Positions 1 through 7,099 of a DNA stretch of 8,529 bases are shown here, piece after piece. Each line of letters opens with the position of its first letter. Position 1 is the first letter of the stretch. The notes under the pieces are model-generated. The model ran no database searches and was not told the origin of the DNA. It saw nothing but the letters and a program-made list of their open reading frames with translations. Position numbers and translations under genes: made by a program. Origin of the DNA: Paraspadella gotoi. Its lineage: Eukaryota > Animalia > Chaetognatha. The stretch covers positions 1 through 8,529 of the forward strand of contig JBJCIZ010001380.1 of NCBI GenBank assembly GCA_051294375.1, given 5' to 3'.

Positions 1-786
1 GATCAAGAGGTTGATCCAAGTAGAATAAAGAAGGAAAGCAGAAAGACGTGTACCATCCTCTACCCCCATATCTCGCGGGTAGCTATGCTTTAGTAGATGG
101 TTAAGAGCATACAGTGGATCTCGATTTATTTCATATGAAACATGAACAAAATAACTCAAGATATTAGACGGTAATGTGGGAGTTGTGTTGTAAACAAATC
201 CGTTTTTGTTATCCCCTTTAACTTTAACCAGATCTATACCAAGGCGGCAAAGGCACAAAAGCCGTTCGCCTGATAAAGCTTTTGACGACTTTATCAAAAA
301 CAATCGCAAGTTACAACGGGTGAAATTTGAAGAAGACAAAATCCACAAAAGGATTATGCAAAACAGTAATTTGGTCACGGCAGATTATACTGTGCTTAAA
401 TGGCTATTTTTTTGACCCATCGAGGAAAGGCAAGCTATCAGATGCTGGAAAACTAACTTTTGATGATATAAGCTCATATATCCATCTTGGTGTCAAAGGA
501 TCACAAGGATTTAGGAAGACATAAATAGAGCTAAGGCATGAGAAGACATGCACATGTGCCATAGATTAACAAAGCCTCTGCATGGAAGAACAGGCAGTGA
601 CATGCAATAAAGCGCATGATCTTGGGTCACCCGAGGAGAGTTGAACATAAGCCAAAGAACTGGATCTGCGATGAATGCAATGACGAATCACCGCCAGTTA
701 ATGCCGCTATGGTTGTGTCCTTTGTGATTTTGATCTGTGCATTAGCTTGCAGAAAAAAGGAAATCTCTAGGGCAATAAGTGCGTAG
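1..786 (+). pseudogene. Disrupted coding sequence (pseudogene or indel-containing assembly of a gene) with a C-terminal ZZ-type zinc-finger-like motif; 5' end probably outside the window
   Basis: Track ORFs 206-415 and 327-524 join through one extra T in the T7 run at 407-413 (...VLKWLFF/DPSRKGK...). That frame continues through two TAA codons to ...EEQAVTCNKAHDLG. Allowing 1-nt indels near 627, 703 and 747 gives HPRRVEHKPKNWICDECNDESPPVNxRYGCVLCDFDLCISCRKKEISRAISA* (TAG 784-786). This matches the ZZ consensus CDxC...RYxCxxCxDF/YDLCxxC. Composition becomes very AT-rich right after the stop. Confidence 0.65.
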
Positions 787-939
787 GTAAATTCCTAAAT
801 TTATACTAATATAAATTATATAAAAACAAATATGTATTGAGAGCACCGTTTACGCCATAAACTTCAGAGACGGTAATTATAAAACCTGCTATCAGAATTG
901 AGATAAACCCTCGTAATATTTTTAAAAATTTTTTTAAAT

Positions 940-1230
940 GCAACTTGCATAATTTAATTAATTCAACGCACCATTAGTATATTTTAATTTCAAACTCATC
1001 ATTTTTTCAATTTAACATCAATTTTTAACAATTCACATCATTTTTAACTTGCATTCTATTTTTCAATCTTGCATAATATTTTCTTTCATACATATAATAA
1101 TGCATTAAATTTGATTTCACAAAATTAAAGGGCTTGCTATAATTTTTCAACTTTGCAATATTTTTTTCAAACTTGCATAATTTTTTCCACTTGCCAATAA
1201 TTTTTTTAAATTGTATCATTTTTTCAAATT
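940..1230. repeat. Degenerate ~19-21-bp AT-rich minisatellite, consensus about TTTTTCAACTTGCATAA
   Basis: Units seen directly, e.g. tttttaacttgcattcta (1041), tttttcaatcttgcataata (~1059), tttttcaactttgcaata (~1143), ttttttcaaacttgcataa (~1162), ttttttccacttgccaataa (1181). Confidence 0.8.
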
Positions 1231-1544
1231 AATTATTTAATTAATTAAAACATTTATTAGTAATCATAAATAAATAAAAAATTCTCTTCTTTCAAGTAAA
1301 TGTGAACTATATTTTTATCCATTCCATTTACACTCTAGAGTTCCTACTGAGTGCACATATTCCGTCAATAACTTATATCTTGCTTCTTTTCAATAACAAC
1401 TTTCCTATTCAATCTTAAATACAATTCAAATGTTATAATTATTCGAGTAATTATAGGGATCTTTAACAAGATCGTGATATAGTCAATATAAAGAGTCAAG
1501 TATATATTGGTGACTGCTTAATATTTATTTTCTAATTTATATAT

Positions 1545-2356
1545 ACTCATTTCCATCTTGAGTACGTTCCACTGAAACTTTGCTATCAAGCTTCGGTCAC
1601 ACTTATAACATTTTTTTGAACTATAATTCTGTATGTACATACACTTTCCTACCCACACACAAAATTTTCAACTCAATCTATCCATTATAATTATGATTAA
1701 TAGAGATATTATTGGTTAAAATAAGTAAAAATTAATTTTAGTAAATGCAAACTTATGTTTTTTTTCCATTTAAACTCATCCTTCCACTCGCACGATTCCA
1801 TCGAAACTTATTATATCCAGCTCATCTCACACTGTCCTACCCAGACACAAAATTCATTCCAATCCAACCAGCCAATCACGATAATTGGTGCTTTTTGCTA
1901 AGATGGGACGGATGACGGATTGATTGAACTAATTAATTAATTATTGATTAATTAATTGACTAATTGATTAATTAACTGATATAATTATTTGATTTATTAA
2001 TACATCCTTCATTTACATTTATTATAAAAGGAAAAGAAGCATAATCAATTAGTGAAACGTTTTTTGTTTTTTTTCCATTTTAAACTCATTTTCCACTCAA
2101 AACGATTCCATCGAAACTTGATTTCCAGCTCAATCACACACTTTTCCTCCCCAAATACAAAATTTCAAGTCAATCGCCCCATCCACTCTTGAGTAATTGG
2201 TGTTCAAATAGTGAAATTTATTTTTTTATTTTTTCCATTTTAAACTCATTTCCACTCGGACCGAATTCCATCGAAATTCATATACAGCTCAATCACACAC
2301 TTCCTACATCACACAAATTTATTCCAATCCATCCATCCAATCACGAGTAATTGGTT
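1545..2356. repeat. Internal tandem repeats of ~130-160 bp (three clear units plus at least one degenerate unit) inside element copy 1
   Basis: The shared string tttccatt(t)taaactcat..ccactc...attccatcgaaa....cagctca.tcacac...cct.c..a.acaaaatt...caatc....ga(g)taattggt occurs at ~1760-1890, ~2070-2202 and ~2230-2355, with a diverged unit at ~1545-1700. Confidence 0.9.
1920..2000. repeat. Low-complexity (TAAT/TGAT)n tract
   Basis: tgattgaactaattaattaattattgattaattaattgactaattgattaattaactgat; mirrored at ~4540-4595. Confidence 0.8.
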
Positions 2357-2373
2357 TTTTTTATGCTAAGGTG

Positions 2374-2401
2374 GGACGGACGGAAGGACTGACGGACGGA
2401 C
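2374..2401. repeat. Imperfect (GACG)n/(GTCC)n microsatellite of the element core; shorter copy at ~1905-1919
   Basis: ggacggacggaaggactgacggacggac seen directly. GTCY microsatellites are characteristic of DINE-1/HINE elements. Confidence 0.85.
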
Positions 2402-2500
2402 ATCATTTTTTTGCATAATTTATCATAATTCGATGTTCTGACATGATATAAGTTAGTGCCCGACAATATTGAGGGGGCGGACCGACAAAGTGAATTATAG

Positions 2501-2536
2501 AGTCGGGATCTGCTGATAAGCAGATCCGACTAAAAA
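2501..2536. other. Terminal hairpin of the element followed by A5
   Basis: agtcgg(g)atctgct-gata-agcagatccgact forms a 13-bp stem with one bulged G and a 4-nt loop, followed by aaaaa. Confidence 0.9.
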
Positions 2537-2999
2537 CGTTATGGATTTAAAAAAAAGTAGACTTAAATTTAAAGAAATCTATTTCAAACAACAAACGAAA
2601 GGATTATCACAAAAGAAAAACAACAAAAATATGTGGCCATTAGAATGGAATTGAATCTTTTGTTTTCTGAGATAAAACTGGATCCTATAAAGTGGTCTCA
2701 GCTGTTTTATCTTTTGTTATATTTTAGTTCCAACTATTGTTTACTTCTATGATTGTTTGCTGAAATTAATTCAGTTTGGTTTTCAAAGATCTTGAAGAAA
2801 AGTAAATACTTTTATTATTACTTTATCACAAAAAATCGTTTTATCTTTTATCACATAATGTAGTCAGTACATTAATTACTGATAGAAAAACTCAAACAAA
2901 TCAAGGATTAATTCTTAACCAATTAAATCTGAATCCAATTAAAATCTGAATCTAAATCCTATGAACAATTAATTAAACAATTGGAATCAATCGACCCAC

Positions 3000-3185
3000 C
3001 TTCCCTGCGAGATGCCATCCAAGAGAACAAGTTCCTTGGTTTCCACATCTTAGGACTGTGTCTCCACAGTTGCCCCGACATCCGGTTACGCTGTGGCTGC
3101 ACCTCTGTGTCGTGCCACATTTGGTGAGACCTTCGACGAACGAATCTAACCTCAAAGAAGGGGAAGAACGACCAAACCATCCTTT
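3000..3185 (-). CDS. Probable internal coding exon (186 nt) of an unidentified gene; preferred phase-0 reading is Cys-rich: KGWFGRSSPSLRLDSFVEGLTKCGTTQRCSHSVTGCRGNCGDTVLRCGNQGTCSLGWHLAGK
   Basis: This is a GC-elevated island in AT-rich DNA. On the - strand it is bounded by the acceptor tttccttctctctttAG| and the donor AAG|GTgggt. Its length is divisible by 3, and two of three frames are open (track ORFs 2973-3155 and 2959-3180), so the choice of frame is an inference. Confidence 0.55.
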
Positions 3186-3202
3186 CTAAAGAGAGAAGGA
3201 AA

Positions 3203-5560
3203 TTTTTTTTAGTCGGATCTGCTTATCAGCTGCAAGATGCCATCCCCGACGGCGTTCTACCTGCACATTTCGCTTTTACCATATCTATATATATATATTA
3301 AACCGCCGTCAGCTTTAATTTTCAAGGACATGTCGTGATATCTGAAATCACTGAGCTCTCTTGGAAATTAGTTGGTTTGAAGGGTGTTTTTAGTTTCTCT
3401 CTTATGTCGGTTTCTGTCGCGGATCGCAGCATACCTAACGAAGGCCGCGGAGGGTCGGTATAGGAGGTCGTGAAGGTCGCGGCGACTTCGCACTCCAGAG
3501 GGATGTCGAGTAAAGAGGGGTCTCATCCGGCCTCACTCATAATTGTCGGAGGCCAGCTCCTGACACTAGCTGATCAGTTCAGTCGAACAAGAAAATGCCC
3601 GAATTTCATGGGATAAATTATTCGGAAAAAATAATGATGTCCGTGACCGAGAGCGTCGGCCAGAAGGCTCCTGTCTGATTCTTTGCCAGCTTCATGTCAG
3701 AGCCAAGCAGAGCGCAGTGATTTCCCATGCCCGTCCTTATAGGTCCCCGCTGCTCCGTACCGTTCAGAGTACGGCGCCCTACGGCGTGTCGGCCGTAAAA
3801 TGGTCCCGTGAGTGACAGCCGTCCGTCCGCAGTCTGGGCTCGCGTCGCCGGCACCCGTTGCGATTAGCAAAACAGGATGGTGGAGGAGGGCCCAGCCATA
3901 GACCATAAAAATGAGACGCCTCCGGTGATTCGATGTGGAGGTGGCACTTGAAGAGTTTAAAGTGAAATTTTGTGTGCGGCGCTCCCGTGAGATAGGGTAA
4001 GTGGCAGTGTGATTGAGGCCCTTGGATATTAAGCGTTTCACGTGGAACTCCGAGTGCCTAGCTCTCAAAGGTGGAAAATCAAGTTGTGTGAATTATGTGA
4101 ACGCACATCAGAACAAAGAGAATATTATCTAATATACGAGCGGAAACTATCATTCGAGTAAGCACGGCGACACATTCTATTTGGACCATGCAAATTCTCC
4201 GGTAGTAGTTTATAGAGTGGATGGGTCATGTCCTCGTATATGAAACCGTGCGGTTGGAAAAAGTCTTGTATCGTTGGGTTAGTGAGAAGGGTGCTGTGAT
4301 TTGGCGTGAGAGTCGTCTTAGGCTTTGTATAAAGTCTAATGGAGTTTCGAGCCAGTGCGATTACTGTGTAAAGGAGCGGTATTGTTACACAGATAAAGTA
4401 GAATTGGGAAGTTTAAATGGAAAAAAGACAAAAAATACGCTGTTTAACTAATTGATTATGCTATCTTTTTCTTTTATTAGTTAAATGTACCCGAGTTATT
4501 GGTCTATTTGTGAACTACTAATAAGATACATTAATGCAGTTAAAATTAATCAATTAGTAAATAAATTAATGCAATAATCATTAATTAATTAGTCAACCCG
4601 AAGGAATTCGTACCAAGTAGAAAGCTCCCTGTACCAATCCGTGAGATATCCATTATCTTACGCGAGTTGTTGACTACGGCAGTGCCCGTTTTGGTCCGGC
4701 CTTGGAGATACCCGTTCGAGGGTCCCTCCCATTTGGCTCATTCTGGAGATTGAAGGACGGCGCACCCCGTAGTAATAAGCCCTAATGTCTGTACGCAACA
4801 AATAGTACCTGCAACAAGGTACGTGACGTGATTTGGGCGTGGAGTATGGACCTTGGAATTAAATTTGTGGCGTGTGAGGAGGTTAGTTCGACAAAGTCCA
4901 TGTGTTAGATACACGCGCTGGTATGTATGAAATTTCGATCGCAAGCGTTGCTGAAGTAGCGGTGTGAGCTGGAATTAGTTGGTAAACGCTGGAAAATCAT
5001 AAGTCCGAACCATCAGATTTAGAGCATATAAAATGCCTGTTTATTATATGTTTACCGAGGGAAGTTAATTTTAAACCACATCATACGTGGTGATCGCACA
5101 GCATTAATGCCCATAGAGTTGTAATTTTTACCATGGATATCGTGTGGATATATCGAGCTTATATTCGCGGGAATGTCTTGTGTTTTGCTTTCAATGAGGG
5201 TAGGAAAGACGTATGACGCAGTCCTGTAGTATTATTTATGAGAATAATTATATTCTCGTACGCTTTGTGTGCTACCGTCACGCTCTCCGAGTCGTGTGAT
5301 ATAGTTGGAGTATAAAATCTGAACATTAAAAGAGTAAATGAGTTCACATACCTAAGCATATGTTGTAATTATTTATTTAACCTGTCATCTAGATATAGTT
5401 TGGGCAATTGAAAAGGCAGTCGCAATATTTTATGATAGATCGCACCACGCGGTAGGAAAAGTGAGTGAAGAAGCTAGATATAAAAACAGTCTCTGTGGAC
5501 CCGGAATGCAAGTCTGAAAAAATGATGGCAAGTTAAAAAAATCTTAAAAAGCATAAAGGA
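3203..5560 (+). mobile_element. Second, inverted copy of the DINE-1/HINE-like element, heavily interrupted by short insertions; right boundary approximate
   Basis: Exact reverse-complement anchors occur in strictly mirrored order: 3206-3230 = 2512-2536 (25 bp); 3612-3621 = 2415-2424; 3633-3644 = 2396-2407; 4447-4462 = 2038-2053 (16 bp); 4580-4593 = 1928-1941; 5198-5208 = 1644-1654; 5341-5349 = 1300-1308; 5528-5539 = 1041-1052. Confidence 0.8.
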
Positions 5561-6447
5561 TCGCGCTGTCCTGCTGTTTATTTGCAAATGACTATGGAGA
5601 GGCGAAGACCCATGCATTACACAAGAATATGGAGCAGTACGCCATTGTATGTAGAGCGATGACCGCCAGAGAGGGAGAGGGAGAGACGCAGATGTTCTCG
5701 CAGCCTCAGTCACGTCACGCAGAGATGTAGTGACGTAACATAATGAGCACAACTCTAAGAGCCAGACCTCAGAGATGCGAGCGGGCAGAGCCCAACTAAT
5801 CATAGCGTATCAGAAAGAGTCTCATCATCTGAGAACACAGGGGCAGTCCTTACGCCAGGGCAAAAAAAGATTCTCGAATGAATCAAGTTAGCGTTACCCG
5901 CGCCATGCCTGCTGAGTAGGCTGTTTTAAACCTTCAAAAAGTTGGCAGTTGAAGATAGAGGGGATATATGGTATTGCCTAATAAAGTCTACTATAGATAA
6001 ATTTGATAGTCTCTGATGGTTAGAGTACTGAGAGTTTGAGACTTTCTGAAATGGTTAGACAAATGAAAGATTGGAGGTCTCTTGTCATTAATAAGTCGAT
6101 TATTGTGTACATAGGAATTGATTATTGGATTGCGGCTAATTTCGAGTTAGAAATAATATCACATTTATATGATCATGCGACGAAAGTGAGAATGACGTTC
6201 AGGTAGTGTTAGGTCACACGATGAAAATGCTATTCGATGATCAGCAAAGGAAATTCAAGCCGCACTGCCGAGGATGTTATGTTTCGACTCTCGCTATCCT
6301 GGCTTACCATTACGAATAAGGTCGAATAGATGGAGGTATGTCATTATTCCCTATGCTGCCACTCTCAGATCTGCACTGTTTTATTAACGCGATCGGTAAT
6401 AGTCAATAACACAAACACACAGTATGCGTGGTATTGAGTGAACAAGT

Positions 6448-6608
6448 TGAGAGATCGAGAGGCGAGGAGAGCGAATGAGATGTAGCAGCAAGTAGAGTGG
6501 AGAGATGAGGAGACGAAGAGAGAGAGGATAGGAGGATACTAGAGAGCGCACGAGCCTTGGTAGATCTTAGAGTGAGATGTACAGAGAGAGAGAGAGAAGA
6601 AAGAGAAT
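6448..6608. repeat. Interrupted GA-rich (polypurine) microsatellite-like tract
   Basis: Dense gaga/gagg motifs ending in a pure (AG)n run at ~6583-6597. Confidence 0.75.
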
Positions 6609-6929
6609 AAATCCACACGAGAAATGGCGGTAGGAGAATTGATGAGGAATTTATGGTGAATTCGAACTCCGATACGAATTAGGCCGAGCGTGAGTACTCT
6701 ATGAATGCGCAACTAAGACAGTCACGAAGAATTATTTAGAGAAAAAGGAAAAAGATTTCGATATGCAGATGACCTTGGTTGATGTCTGAGAAAGAGAGAC
6801 CAACACGTATAGGCAGACGGGCAATTCACCGCGCTGGGCGTCCCTACCGTTGGCAATTTCGCAAGTATTCCGGTCAGTAGTACGTGTGAGCTATTGTTGC
6901 AGCGACAGCTTTCCGATCATTCTGGCGAG

Positions 6930-7090
6930 TAGAAGAGCAACCGAGCACGACAGAGTACAGCAGAGAAGAGAAAAAGAAAGAGAGAGAGAGAGAAAAGCAA
7001 GGCCGCAATCGAACAGGTTAGCAAAAAAGAGAAAGAGCGATACAGCTGGACACGATATATAGATAATTAAGAAGAGAGAGAGAGAGAGAA
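6930..7090. repeat. Interrupted GA-rich tract with two pure (GA)n runs
   Basis: (GA)n runs at ~6980-6993 and ~7073-7089 lie within purine-rich sequence. Confidence 0.75.
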
Positions 7091-7099
7091 GCTCTAGCA

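Larger units (their letters stand above)
900..2536 (-). mobile_element. Non-autonomous DINE-1/HINE-like (Helentron-associated) element, copy 1; left boundary approximate
   Basis: Read on the - strand it starts with a T run, then a 13-bp hairpin (2501-2531), a short core, a (GTCC)n-type microsatellite (2374-2401) and an internal tandem-repeat block. This order is the known DINE-1/HINE layout. A second copy in the window (3203 onward) ends at the same terminal base with an unrelated flank, which supports mobility. The distal subterminal repeat and stem-loop could not be identified with confidence. Confidence 0.7.

Noticed and set aside
500-600. TAA reassigned to Gln (ciliate-type genetic code)
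   Set aside because: The same sequence also has frameshifts and appears to end at TAG, so decay or sequencing error is the simpler explanation. Two codons are not enough evidence.
1025-1219. 64-aa ORF on the - strand
   Set aside because: It is a translation of the ~20-bp AT-rich minisatellite.
1545-2356. CRISPR array
   Set aside because: Units are long, diverged tandem repeats without unique spacers. The context is eukaryotic and there are no cas genes.
2501-2536. Rho-independent terminator
   Set aside because: The hairpin plus T run fits a TE terminus, is duplicated at 3203-3230, and does not follow any bacterial-type gene.
2919-2958. Short tandem duplication ccaatta(a)aatctgaat x2
   Set aside because: It is real but looks like ordinary intronic slippage.
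2957-3127. Plus-strand reading YEQLIKQLESIDPPSLRDAIQENKF...
   Set aside because: It has no clear start or acceptor, whereas the - strand has both splice sites at the composition boundaries.
2537-3202. Fold-back (missed-adapter) chimeric read as the cause of the inverted duplication
   Set aside because: The spacer is not self-complementary, and homology stops exactly at the element's terminal A/T run on both sides, as expected for two insertions.
3283-3570. Nested canonical Helitron (A|TCTATATATA start; hairpin plus CTAG near 3544-3569)
   Set aside because: The CTAG is not followed by T, and the hairpin/CTAG bases align with the core of element copy 1 (attgtcgg..cactaac), so they belong to copy 2.
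3618-5359. Track ORFs 3618-3854, 3697-4068, 4221-4451, 4738-4944 and 5159-5359 as genes
   Set aside because: All lie within the interrupted inverted copy of a non-coding element and show no recognisable motifs.
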